Shown here: positions 33,760 to 47,760 of the stretch, in pieces
How the letters are laid out: each line of letters starts with the position of its first letter
How positions within the stretch are numbered: position 1 is the stretch's first letter
Assembly (NCBI GenBank): GCA_964016885.1
Contig: OZ024741.1
Location: 277,574,001 to 277,638,000, forward strand
From: Eledone cirrhosa
Lineage: Eukaryota
Length of the DNA stretch: 64,000 bases
Direction of reading: 5' to 3'
The notes under the pieces: generated by a model
The model's input: the letters and a program-made list of their open reading frames with translations, nothing else
What the model was told of the DNA's origin: nothing
Database searches by the model: none
Made by a program: the position numbers and the translations under genes

Positions 33760-34194
33760 TGTTATACTTTGGGAGGGTCATGTTGCCAATAAGAAACACA
33801 CGCACCAGTTGATTTCACTTCAATTTATTATAATAAATTTATAAATTTAGGAATTTATAAATTTCCGGTTGGTTGGTTGGTTCCACAACCAGATGATTGT
33901 TTATATATTGTCAATGTTCTTTCGTCACACATTCTGTGACCTCATCAGTGACTGGGGATTCTTTTCTTTGTTTTTGTGCCTCTCTCTGTTTTTGTGCCCC
34001 AGTCACTGAAGAGGTCACAGAATGTGTGACGAAAAAACTTTGACAATATATAAACAATCATCTGGTTGTGGAACCAACAAACCAACCGGAAATTTATAAA
34101 TTCCTAAATTTATAAATTTATTATAATAAATTGAAGTGAAAGCAACTGGTGCGTGTGTTTCTTATTGGCAACATGACCCTCCCAAAGTATAACA
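33760..34194. repeat. Inverted repeat (198-bp arms, 39-bp spacer) with hammerhead-like motifs
   Basis: Arms 33760-33957 and 33997-34194; gtca-CTGAAGA-g gtcaca gaatg tgtgac-GAAA-aaactt-tgac at 34002-34044 and a CTGATGA mirror at 33910-33952; stem III poor. Confidence 0.85.
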
Positions 34195-34235
<41 letters not shown>

Positions 34236-34386
34236 TCAGGATTAAAACAGTATCAAACTAGTTAGACCATTATTCAACAGAGTACTCGATACTTAGGATG
34301 ATAAAGTATGACTATATTCGCAGCCCGACGGATGAGCTCTTGCTATTTCAACAACTAATACCAGTCGTCAAACCCCAACTCTTTCG

Positions 34387-34425
<39 letters not shown>

Positions 34426-34492
34426 GCGCGTATACAGGTATATATATACAGACGTACATGTGTATATTGATATATACATACAAACGTGCGTG

Positions 34493-34569
<77 letters not shown>

Positions 34570-34747
34570 GCGCGTATACAGGTATATATATACAGACGTA
34601 CATGTGTATATTGATATATACTAACAAACGTGCGTGTATATGTATACCTTAATGCACGCAATTACAGGAGAGCAATGTGACTAATGAGGTAATTATGTAG
34701 TTATGTCTTCGACTTATGTAACTTTTTCTGGGTGAGTGCATCTTCTG

Positions 34748-35015
<268 letters not shown>

Positions 35016-35093
35016 ACGCGACACGCCATTTCTCGATTTATATGGTATGTATGTATATCTATATATACATACACACGCTTAGACTTGTATATA

Positions 35094-35194
<101 letters not shown>

Positions 35195-35253
35195 GCGCAT
35201 ATGTGTATTAATATATACATACAAACGTGCGCATATATGTATCTATATCTATG

Positions 35254-35293
<40 letters not shown>

Positions 35294-35751
35294 ATACATC
35301 ATAAATAAAACACTGAATTCGATACAAATCGATAAAATCAATATCTTTTCTTATATAATTCAGTTTCAGTGTAAAATTTGAAATAAAAAAAAAGAAAACT
35401 TTAATTGCAAACAAAAAAAAAATACAAAATAATTTAGAATTAACTTGAAATTCAAACTTTGATTAAAACAAACTTTTAAAAGAGATTGAACTGAAATATT
35501 CGAACTTGAATCAATAAAAAACAAAAACAAAATATTAATATTCTTATTTATTTCTCAACTTTTGGCGGGAGCGAATTTATTTCAAATAACAGACGATTGC
35601 CTTGTAGTATGTTTCTTCTATTTATACATTTACTCTGGACTTGAAAATTCGTGTTCGGCTTCAGCGTTTCAACATTAGTTCCCTATTTCTGTCTTTCTTT
35701 CTCTCTTTCATTCTATCTTTCTTTCTTTCTTTCTATCTATTTCTTTTTCTC

Positions 35752-35844
<93 letters not shown>

Positions 35845-35966
35845 CTTCCTTCTATCTTTCTCTTTCTCTCTCCGTCTCTAAAACTATCTGTCAATCTATT
35901 TTTCTTTCAATCTATCTCTATATCTATCCATATATCAATCTCTCTCTCCCTCTCTCTCTCTCTCTG

Positions 35967-36029
<63 letters not shown>

Positions 36030-36110
36030 TAAAAGTGATAAAGGCGCTGTGTGGTTACTAATAAATATTATTTTGGAAAACGTAAGAGAAACACAAACAT
36101 AAGGACAATT

Positions 36111-36190
36111 CCCGCTGTTCGGCTGTCTGCTGTAGGTCGCTGGTGTTTCAACGCATTAAAGACAATACATCTCACCACAGTGCGTTGATA
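36111..36190 (-). ncRNA. Rearranged hammerhead-like motif, core mutated
   Basis: gatGT-A-ttgtct..tgcgtt-GAAAC-22 nt (ending agacag)-CCGAACA. Confidence 0.5.
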
Positions 36191-37836
36191 ACCAAGAGGA
36201 ATAGGTGTCCGGTGAGAAAACAACAAAAAGAAACAGAGACGATAACGAAGAGAACGACAAAAAAAGAAAATTAAAAAAAATAAAAACATACCGATAGAGA
36301 AGGGGAAACACGAAACAGTAGTACATGTAAGTTGCAGTAACCAGTGGGAGAGAGGGAGAAGTTAATAAGGCGACCGAACGTAAGTCCTGAATCCATACTA
36401 ACAGCACGAGGGAAAGCGAAGAGAAAAACGTCTGTTCATAGGGAGAACAGGCGCAAATAGGAAGAGACGAAGGGAAACGGAAGCGAGCGGGGGTAGTGGT
36501 AAGGGATCAGAGAGTGGAGGGAGAAAAGAGATAGGTGGTAAGAGAGAAAGAGAGAGAAAGAATAAGTGAGTTGGAGAGAGAGAAAAGGGGAATAAGTGAA
36601 TGGAAGAGAGAGAAAGAGAGAAAAAGAAAGAGAAAGAGAGAGAAAGGAAGAAGGAAAAGAGTTAATCCAAAATGGCAGAACAAAAGTTCAAAACCTGAAT
36701 TAACAACAACAAGCCAGATATATATACATATATATATATACAAATGGAAGTTTAGTAAAATCGAAGTTTTGGCTGTGGCCAAGCTAACGATATACAATCA
36801 GGAATGTGCAGCAAAGCGCTCGGTAAGGTTGTGTCACCTTAGAGTAATAACATACGTTAGAAAGCTTGACAAATTGAAGGCTGTAACCGGTGACCCAGCC
36901 ACATTAACCAAAGCAACGAGAAAACCAAATCAGGTATTGACAAACCTGAACCATCTCATCGATATTAAGCAATATCTCCGATAGGTTTCTATGCAACCGA
37001 AATCAACAATTCTACTTGCGCAGTATGCAAGTTTTTAAGTTTTTGGTTTTGGATGACCGAACAGTGGATTCACTTTATCAACAGGCTTCCGTTCTGTGCC
37101 GCTAGCCGGTGTGAGTCGTAGCAGTAAACTGCTGGCGGTCACGTGGTTTTTCACCACGGTCTTTGGCGGGCGAATTCAAATTGTGAACGAAGGAATAAAT
37201 TGTTTTCCACAAATCGAATAAAGCTATCGACTAGACGTTATTAAACAAACATAAATAATTAGCCAATCAATAGAATTGTCTAATTAAATTAATTAATTAA
37301 TCATTAAGTCTAGGATATATATATATATATATATATATATCGTCAATCTATCTATATATCTATCTATTTATTTCCTTTAATCTATGCTATTGTTGATTGA
37401 TGTCGTTAGTCTTTCTGGCACAACAAGCAAACACTGGTCCCGGGAATTGACGGTCATGAATCGTAAGTATGGAAGAATATAGGAGATATAATCAAGATAA
37501 TTATTTGTTTCATCTGCTTGTTTTTTTTTTATTTTGTGTTTTTTTGTTTTGTTTTGTTTTGTTTTGTTATTTTATGGATGCCCTTCACAAAATTGAGTCT
37601 TTCATACTTCCTAATGTCTCTTCACCGTTGTCACCATCATCGTTGTCATCGTCTTTCTCTTCTTAATGATGCAGGTAAATCCTGTCAGAGCTGACCTTTA
37701 TAATCAAATGCTAATTTATTTTTATTTGTCTTTTGCCTCTTCCTTTGGTTTTACTTCCATCCTTTGTCGAGTGAAGTTCAGACGCCTATGGCAAAGAATC
37801 TCACTGCAGACATTGATAAGTCACAAATTATTATAA

Positions 37837-37880
<44 letters not shown>

Positions 37881-39010
37881 GGCAGTAGAGGTAGAGGATC
37901 GGACGCCATGCTTTGCAGCATAGAGTTACGGCCCTCTATGATCTGAGTTCAAATCCCGCCGAGGTTAACTTTGCCTTTCATCCTTACGGGGTCGATAAAA
38001 TAAAGTACCAGTCACGCATTGGCGTCAATTTAATCGACTTTCCCCTTCTCCCAAATTACTGGCCTTGTGCCTATATAAGAAACCAATCGGGCAATGTGAT
38101 CGGTGGAAACTTCACCTCGGCGTTCTATAGAGGATTAGTGGAGGGGAAGAGCGACGACGTACTTGGGGAAACTCTAGGCGTCGACGAAAATCAACTAGCC
38201 AATCTCTTCGGAAGAACTTTCGGGCCGGGGCCTATGGACAACTTCCAGAAATCTCTGGCCTGGCAGTGCTACCGAGGAGCCTTGCCAGTTCGGGATAAAC
38301 TCTACAGGCATGGAGGTGCCGTCAGCCGGGCATGTCCGAGATGCGCGCAGGGCGACGAAACCGTCCTGCACGCACTCGTCCAGTGTCCGAAAATTGCTGA
38401 CTTGTGGGTTTATGTCGAACACCTGCTGTCGCGTTTAGGACGGATCCGGCTATCATCTGAGTCCATCGTGAGGATTGCCCCGCCCTCCTCCTTTAGCCGG
38501 GAAGGGCAGGCAGTTTTTATCTGTCTGGTGGCCATGGCGAAAGAGATAGTATGGTGGACACGTTTGAAAGGGCTGAAGACGAGCACTTACCTCTTCGGTG
38601 ATGCTCTGATTGACTTTTTCAAATTTCATTTGAAAAGGAAAATCAGAGTAGAGAGGGAAGTGCTCTCTTCCCAGCATTTTGTTGAAAGATGGGTGAGAGA
38701 AGCAAGAATGGCCCGAGTGAATGGGCCTACTCTGAGTATATATCTGTAAATTAAAGGTGGAAAACTGGGAGAGGGCACTTGCCTTGGTGGTCAGGGTCAT
38801 TGTGGCTTTTTACTGGGCTTTCTCCACAAATGTCCCTCCGAAGTCTCCCCCCTATTGGGGAATTTTTCATTGTTATTTTCATTGTTATTTTTTGTTACAT
38901 CCTCTGTTTTTGTTTTTTTACACGCAGAAATGCCCATTTGTACCGTCCTGCATTGTCCTGCACTGTCCTTAATGTCTACTTTATGTAAACCCTTGTGGTT
39001 AATAAAGAAA

Positions 39011-39063
<53 letters not shown>
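37881..39063 (+). mobile_element. SINE + Tx1/L1-like LINE 3' end, tandem unit 1
   Basis: SINE 37881-~38084; LINE ORF2 C-terminus ~38085-38749 with CPRC..ETVLHALVQCP zinc finger; 3' UTR, AATAAA, (ATT)n. Confidence 0.85.
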
Positions 39064-40191
39064 GGCAGTAGAGGTAGAGGATCGGACGCCATGCTTTGCA
39101 GCATAGAGTTACGGCCCTCTATGATCTGAGTTCAAATCCCGCCGAGGTTAACTTTGCCTTTCATCCTTACGGGGTCGATAAAATAAAGTACCAGTCACGC
39201 ATTGACGTCAATTTAATCGACTTTCCCCTTCTCCCAAATTACTGGCCTTGTGCCTATATAAGAAACCAATCGGGCAATGTGATCGGTGGAAACTCCACCT
39301 CGGCGTTCTATAGAGGATTAGTGGAGGGGAAGAGCGACGACGTACTTGGGGAAACTCTAGGCGTCGACGAAAATCAACTAGCCAATCTCTTCGGAAGAAC
39401 TTTCGGGCCGGGGCCTATGGACAACTTCCAGAAATCTCTGGCCTGGCAGTGCTACCGAGGAGCCTTGCCAGTTCGGGATAAACTCTACAGGCATGGAGGT
39501 GCCGTCAGCCGGGCATGTCCGAGATGCGCGCAGGGCGACGAAACCGTACTGCACGCACTCGTCCAGTGTCCGAAAATTGCTGACTTGTGGGTTTATGTCG
39601 AACAACTGCTGTCGCGTGTAGGACGGATCCGGCTATCATCTGAGTCCATCGTGAGGATTGCCCCGCCCTCCTCCTTTAGCCGGGAAGGGCAGGCAGTTTT
39701 TATCTGTCTGGTGGCCATGGCGAAAGAGATAGTATGGTGGACACGTTTGAAAGGGCTGAAGACGAGCACTTACCTCTTCGGTGATGCTCTGATTGACTTT
39801 TTCAAATTTCATTTGAAAAGGAAAATCAGAGTAGAGAGGGAAGTGCTCTCTTCCCAGTATTTTGTTGAAAGATGGGTGAGAGAAGCAAGAATGGCCCGAG
39901 TGAATGGGCCTACTCTGAGTATATATCTGTAAATTAAAGGTGGAAAACTGGGAGAGGGCACTTGCCTTGGTGGTCAGGGTCACTGTGGCCTTTTACTGGG
40001 CTTTCTCCACAAATGTCCCTCCGAAGTCTCCCCCTATTGGGGAATTTTTCATTGTTATTTTTTTGTTACATCCTCTGTTTTTGTTTTTTACACGCAGAAA
40101 TGCCCATTTGTACCGTCCTGTATTGTCCTGCACTGTCCTTAATGTCTACTTTATGTAAACCCTTGTGGTTAATAAAGAAATCATTATTATT

Positions 40192-40192
<1 letters not shown>
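39064..40192 (+). mobile_element. SINE + Tx1/L1-like LINE 3' end, tandem unit 2
   Basis: Near-identical copy offset by 1183 bp. Confidence 0.85.
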
Positions 40193-40228
<36 letters not shown>

Positions 40229-40754
40229 TTGAAACTTCCTTTGAATTCTGCTTCTTTCCATCATCGTGTTGGATGTCATATTAATCGAACTCGAGACCAA
40301 GAATGCAAATTGGTTTTAAAATATCTCCGATGGCTGTTAAGGACTGTTTTCAGGTACTGATCAAATCCCAACACGGGATTTAAACTAGTATTGCAGATCC
40401 TTTTTTTCTGTTCACAAAGTTATTGCTTATGAAAACATGGTGTTGACATCTATACATGCACATCATTCAAGCTGCATCTCCCTGAAAATTACATTAAGAG
40501 TACACGTGTCTGTTGAATGTTCAGCCACATACACATTAATTTCACAAGCAGGCTGTTCTGTGGATTAAACAACTGGAACACTCATCCTCGAAACCGACAG
40601 CGGTCCATCGATCGACATACCATTCACACTGAATCTCCCTGGGAATTAAGTTAAGGCTACATGCATCTGTGGAATACTCAGCCACTTATACGCTAATGTG
40701 CGTGAGCAGACTGTTCTGTTGATCAAACAAATAGAATACAAACACATACCCTCA

Positions 40755-41500
40755 TGGCGAATATACATGACGCAACTGATGCTTTTGACAAACTACATCA
40801 CCGCCTGTGGAGTGCCAGAGGTATATCCCTGAAAGCAAAAGTTGCAGTTTATCGTGCAGTGATACTGAAAACACTCTTATATAGTTCAGGGTCATGGACA
40901 CTTCGCGGCACTCACATACATAAGCTTGATGTCTTCCACAAACGTTGCCTTCGCTCTGTCTGTAGATATGCACTTCCTGACAGTCTCCAATGCCGAAATG
41001 TTCACAAGGTGCAACATTGGTGGGTTTGAGTCATCTCTGATGCAATCCCAATTCAGAATGGATGGTTATGTCCTACGGATGTCTGAGGACCGCACACCTA
41101 AGGTACTGTTTAACAGTCAGCTCCAGGATGGTGTGCATAGTGTGGGCAGGCCATTACTCCGATATAAGGACAAACTGAAGTACAATCTTAAGTCTGTCAA
41201 CGTACCTCTTTCTTCGTTTGAAGCTATGACTGCCAGCCGTAAAAGAAGGAGAACCGTCTGCCACGAAGGTATAAAGAACTTTGAGAAATCTTGTTTAGTC
41301 CAGCTCTGTGAGTTAAGATCTGACACCAGGGTCCGGTCAGGCATTCCATCCTGGTCTGTTCAAGATCCTATCACCTGCACCAAATGCGGATTGATGTGTA
41401 AATCAACAGCTGGATTGAAGTGCCATTTGAGGCATAAACATAAAACAATGAACTAAAAAGACTGTTGAACCTTCATATGTCGAATCGACGGGAGAGACCA
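40755..41500 (+). mobile_element. RTE-clade LINE 3' fragment
   Basis: LKAKVAVYRAVILKTLLYSS, GRPLLRYKDKLK, C2H2 finger CTKCGLMCKSTAGLKCHLRHKH; frameshifted. Confidence 0.85.
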
Positions 41501-41814
41501 TCATATATACACATATATGTGTGCGTGTGTATGCATACAAACACGCAGAGGATTATTAGAGAAACATCCTTGGGTAAACAGTATTCATGCAGGAGTGGAG
41601 GAAGCATATCAACAGCATCTATAACATCAATAACAATAACATCATCAAAAAACGACATCAAAAATTCCGATAATTGCCAGTCATTTAAGTACGTTCCATC
41701 AACTAGATATTTTAATTATGTGACATTTATGTCATACATTCACATTTAAATATATATGTGTGTCCGTCCTCATATATACATATATACATATATATATATA
41801 GGCATATATATATA

Positions 41815-41880
<66 letters not shown>

Positions 41881-42446
41881 CATGTGTGTGTACGTGTGCC
41901 TGTGAGTGTAACCTGCTTTATATATATATGTGTGTGTATATACACTGTTGATTTGGAGATGTGTGTAAAGAAATGCATAGATGACTTGCAATCGATAGAA
42001 GTGTTTAAGTATGATTGATCTGTAAAAAATGTGTACCATGATCAACTTTTAATAGCTTCCATTCTGGATGATATGTTTTTAAAAGTCTATAATTCTGTCT
42101 ATTTAAATTGTGTATATATATGTATGTTCAGATGTCATATATATATATATATTGTGTGTGTGTGTGTGTGTGTATGTGTGTATGTGTGTGTGTGTGTGTA
42201 AGTGTGTGTGCGTGTATATGTATAATGTAGATAGATTTATAGTTAAATAGATAGATAGAAAGATAGCTACATAAACACATACGCATTCACACACACACAC
42301 ACAAACACACACACACATATATATATATATATACTTATATATATACTTATATATCTTATATATATATATATATATGTGTGTATATATATATATGTGTGTG
42401 TGTGTATATATATATATATGTATATATATATATGTATATATATATG

Positions 42447-42569
<123 letters not shown>

Positions 42570-42752
42570 GAGGGTGTTAAAGTTTGCTTGAAGCATTGTG
42601 AAATGTGTAAAATACGTAGTTAAGAAAGCCACAACAATGCAGAGGGAAATCTCGAGGTAGGAAGTGAATGATAGACAGGTGAAAGTGAAAATTGAGAGAG
42701 ACAAAGATGAAAACAAAACAAAGGTAGAAGGGTTACCGTAGTGGAGATTTAA

Positions 42753-42788
42753 TCCCAATATTTCGGGCTCACGCCCATCAACGGGGGA
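42753..42788 (-). ncRNA. Degenerate minimal hammerhead
   Basis: tccc-CCGTTGA-t gggc gtga gccc-GAAAT-ATT-ggga; stems intact, two core substitutions. Confidence 0.55.
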
Positions 42789-42853
42789 AAGTTCCAAAAG
42801 GGGGGGAACAGGCCAAGCGGAGAAAGTTGTGATGTCGTTAAGACAGGAATGCA

Positions 42854-42982
<129 letters not shown>

Positions 42983-43110
42983 TATATATATATAAAGAAT
43001 TAGTATATCTACCAACATATGTATACAGATGCATACCTATGCAAGCAAATATATAGGTTTTGTCTTAGTAACTTTGTGGTTCAATGCAAGGGGATGCAGA
43101 ACAATTATAG

Positions 43111-43478
43111 GAAAGACGTAAAATAAGAAAATTATAAAAATTAACTTACTTACTAAAATTTTACTCCAACTAATTAGTTTCTGAAAGGGAATAAACATGG
43201 TTTCCAAATTTGCCACCGACCAAGTAGGCAGTCATTTTTTCAATGTCTTGGAATTTAGTCACGCTTGCTTTTTTCCATCCACTGAATTATTTTTGTATAA
43301 GTTCCCTGTGTCCACGCATCGCCAGGTATCTTAGCTGAGAATGACTTCCTGATAACGAAATGGCTTCTCCATGTTTTCCATTTGGAAACCATGTTTATTC
43401 CCTTTCAGAAACTAATTAGTTGGAGTGAAATTTCAGTAAGTAAGTTAATTTTTATAATTTTCTTATTTTACGTCTTTC
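43111..43478. repeat. Inverted repeat, ~99-bp arms, ~170-bp spacer
   Basis: 43111-43209 versus 43380-43478; right arm abuts (TA)n. Confidence 0.85.
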
Positions 43479-43540
43479 ATATATATATATATATATGTGT
43501 GTGGGTGTGTGTGTGTGTGTGTGTGTGTGTATACATATAT

Positions 43541-43872
43541 ATATCACATAAGAAACGGAGAATCAGTGGTGCGATGAATAAAATTTATTAGACATATTAC
43601 AATCGTTTCTCTGGCGACCAGCTCGAGGCACGATCGATGTACTGATCGAACCTGATCTGAAATTGCATGGTCGTCAGATATGTCTCGATTCTACGAAGCA
43701 GAGTTTCCAAATGTTCGTAGAATCGAGACATATCTGACGACCTTGCGATTTCAGAGTCAGGTTCGATCAGTACATCGATCGTGCCTCGAACTGGTCGCCA
43801 GAGAAACGATTGTAATAAGTCTAATACATTTTAATTCGTTGCACCACTGATTCTCCGTTTCTTATGTGATAT
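43541..43872. repeat. Inverted repeat (~157-bp arms, 16-bp spacer), family B copy 1
   Basis: Arms 43541-43697 and 43714-43872; related to 54066-54333. Confidence 0.9.
43591..43684 (-). ncRNA. Type I hammerhead with ~60-nt stem II domain (mirror copy 43727-43821 on plus strand)
   Basis: gacatat-CTGACGA-~60 nt-GAAAC-gatt-GTA-atatgtc-taataaa; 7-bp stem I. Confidence 0.7.
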
Positions 43873-43944
43873 CATACTCTGCTCCGTAAGAGCATCGCGT
43901 GCTCAAACGGCCTACCGCTTGCGGACGCTTTATATATATAACAC

Positions 43945-43998
<54 letters not shown>

Positions 43999-44499
43999 TA
44001 TATATATATATACATATATCACACACACACACATATATATATACACATTTTAGTACAGCATTATCGAAGCTTTAGGCTGCGGCTAAGCTAACGAATGAAG
44101 ATTCGAAATGTAGCTTTATCACTCGATGGAGAATAATACCCCAGAGTTATAACAATACGTTTTGACAGCTTTGCAAATCAAATATAGCGACCGACAATCC
44201 AGCCGCATTGCCATAGCAACGAAAAAGACTGAACTTAGGGAAAGATAAATATATACGAATATTGGGCATGTGTCTATTGGTATGTAAAATTATTTAAATT
44301 CACTCAATAATTAAGTGCAACGAAGACATATCAAACATTACATTGATGTAGGTAAACGTTGTGTATATATATATATGTATATGTATATGTTCGAGTGCGT
44401 GAGTGTGTGTGTGTGTGTGTATGCATGTGTGTATATATATATATGTGTGTATTTATATAAACACACACACATATCCATATATATATATATATATATATA

Positions 44500-44558
<59 letters not shown>

Positions 44559-44568
44559 TATTTATATA

Positions 44569-44703
<135 letters not shown>

Positions 44704-45336
44704 ATATATGTATACATATATAGTTATGTTTATATATACATATGTATATATTTATATACATACATATATACATACATATAAATATATATATATATATACA
44801 TATATGTATACATATATAGTTATGTTTATATATACATATGTATATATATATGGTAGCTGCCAACTCGTTTTCGAGTACGGCCACTACTTTATATCCATGT
44901 AGGAGAGCCCCTACCGATGCACTGAACGAGTGTGACTTTTTAGTCCAGCCAGAGACTTGAAAACTCTGGTACAAACACTACACCTGTGACAATTATTGAC
45001 ACATAGTGCTGGGCCCATGGTACCATGTGACGACAAGTACAGAGAGATCTCCAGATATAAAGCAATGCCTGTGCCGTGAAGCTTTTATAGTGAGCAAAGG
45101 CACTGCACAAAGCCAGTCCCACTCTCTTAACCAAGATGATATTTACCAAAAAGAAGAACAAGTCAACATCATTGGATACCATCTGGGTTGCAGGTGTTAT
45201 ATCAGAGTTTTCCTTCTCCTAGAATTCTGCCTTGACAAAGGCTAAGGGGTCATCTCTCCCGGTGATTTTGGATGGCCATTGACTCTTACGAGCTCCTTTG
45301 CCCTTTGTGTATATATATACATACATATATACATAC

Positions 45337-45455
<119 letters not shown>

Positions 45456-45510
45456 TGTGTACATATATAGTTATGTTTATATATACATATGTATATATAT
45501 ATATACATAC

Positions 45511-45574
<64 letters not shown>

Positions 45575-45713
45575 ATACATACATGATGGCTGCCCCCTCG
45601 TTATCGAGTATGCCCATTGCACGAACAAAAAAAATAAATTTAAAAAAATATATATATATATCTATATATATATATATATACATACACATATATATATATA
45701 TATATATATACAT

Positions 45714-45824
<111 letters not shown>

Positions 45825-45976
45825 CATACACACACATATCTATTAATAGCAATAATAATAATAATAATAATAATAACAAAAATAATAATAACGACAACAA
45901 CAACAATAATAACATACATATATATCCACACACACGCACACACATAAACATATCTATACACACACACACACACGAT

Positions 45977-47640
45977 AGCAACTAACAGCGCTGCGATCGA
46001 ATGTGGCTTTTTAGCCCACCCAATGATCTAAAATGTCTTGCACAGAGTTGGCAACCAAAACATTCAATGGGAATAGACGGCTGTGGTTGGAGTTCATGTA
46101 CTTTTGCATGTCACTTGAGCCCTCCTGCTGATTTACATTCTCTACCACATGCTTGGCAAGCATGATGAGTAGCATCTCCAACAGCAGCCTGGTAGTCAAC
46201 CACTGGTCTTACTTCATGACTGCGAAGATGACTTTCGAGTCCAGCTTTGCTTAGGCAGAGTCTCGCACAGACGCTGCATGTCAGCACCATAGGAGGACCC
46301 TCGCCGTCTGGAAGTGCAACAGCAATGCCCTTCCTCACATCCCGCTTTACTTTCTCGTATGCGATTCGAGATGCCTCAAAGGCAACTTTTCTCCATTTAT
46401 ACGATCAGCAGCAATATTTTCCCACGTATCAGCAGAGATGTTAGCGTCTTTCAAAGAGGCTTTCAAGGAATCCTTATACCTCTTTTTTGGTTTATGTGGC
46501 GGTCGTTTTCCTTTAACCAACTCTCCATAAAAGAGTTGTTTTGGTATTCTAGAATCCTTCATCCTGGCAAGGTGACCACTCCAACGGAGTCGTTGCTTAA
46601 GCACAAGAGCTTCTATACTGTCACACATAGAGCTTTCCAAAATCTCGACATCACTGATGTGGTCCCTCCAGTGAACGCCATGGATCCGTCTGAGACACAT
46701 CTGATGGAAACGCTTCAATTGCTTAAGGTGGTGTCGATATGTGACCCAGGTCTCGCAGGCATAAAGAAGACAAGAGAGCACACATGCCTTCTACACCTTT
46801 ACCTTTGTCTTCTTGCATATGTCTCGCCGACCCCAGAGTCGCCTTTCTAGCTTTCCGAAAGCATCACTTGCTTTCCTAATCCTGAGTGGGATTTCATTAT
46901 CAAAGTTGCTGTATCGATTGAAAGTGCTTCCCAGGTAGACAAACTGATCAACCACTCAAGTCGTTTACCATACACATAGATGTGTGGTTCAGTGTACTGC
47001 TTACCAGGGGCAGGTTGGTACATGATGACGGTTTTCTTGAGACTGACAGTCAATCCTAGGGCAGTGCAAGCGTCAGAAAATGCATTCAAATGTGCTGCAT
47101 ATTACTCTCTGTGTGCGCTACAAGATCGCAATCATCTGCATACACGAGGTCTCTTATGATTGATGTAAATTCTTTTGTCTTTGCAGCAAAGCGCCTGATG
47201 TTAAATATGCTGCCTGAGGTTCGATATCGGATGTAAACACCATGCTCGCAATTCCTGAATGCAATACAGAAAACCATTGCAAAGTATATGGCAAACAGGG
47301 TCGGTGCTGGAATATCCCCCTGTTTCACTCCATTTTTTACTGAGATAGGCTCCGACATTAACCCAAGCCTTCATGTCGTCATGGAAAGACCTAACTAAAG
47401 CAAGGAACTTATCAGGGCAACCAAGTTTCTGGAGAACCTTCCATAATGCATTTCTGTTAACAGTATCGAAAGCTTTTGTCAGATCGACAAAAACCTGATA
47501 CAGATCCAAACCTTGTTCCATGCACTTCTCCTGGAGCTGTCTAGCTGAGAAGATCATATCAGTAGTGCCGCGTCCAGCACGAAAACCAGATTGACTTTCA
47601 GGAAGAACACAATCTGCAATGTGTGTCAGCAGACGGTCCA
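45977..47640 (-). mobile_element. RTE-clade LINE, 5'-truncated and frameshifted
   Basis: PESQSGFRAGRGT, FVDLTKAFD, GVKQG, LVYADDC, LLYACETW, tandem C-terminal C2H2 fingers. Confidence 0.92.
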
Positions 47641-47760
47641 TATATATATATATACACGGTGTATATATATATATATACACACACATACATACATACATAC
47701 ATACATACATACATACATACATACATACATACATACATACATACATACATACATACATAC

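Noticed and set aside
37913-39932. Two 278-aa host genes
   Set aside because: TTG start inside a SINE; the remainder is LINE ORF2 C-terminus.
43345-43400. Hammerhead CTGATAA..GAAAC-cat-GTT
   Set aside because: C3-A8 mismatch and no stem I; at most a remnant.
44083-44116. Hammerhead-like CTAACGA..GAAATGTA
   Set aside because: Essential G5 missing and stems out of register.
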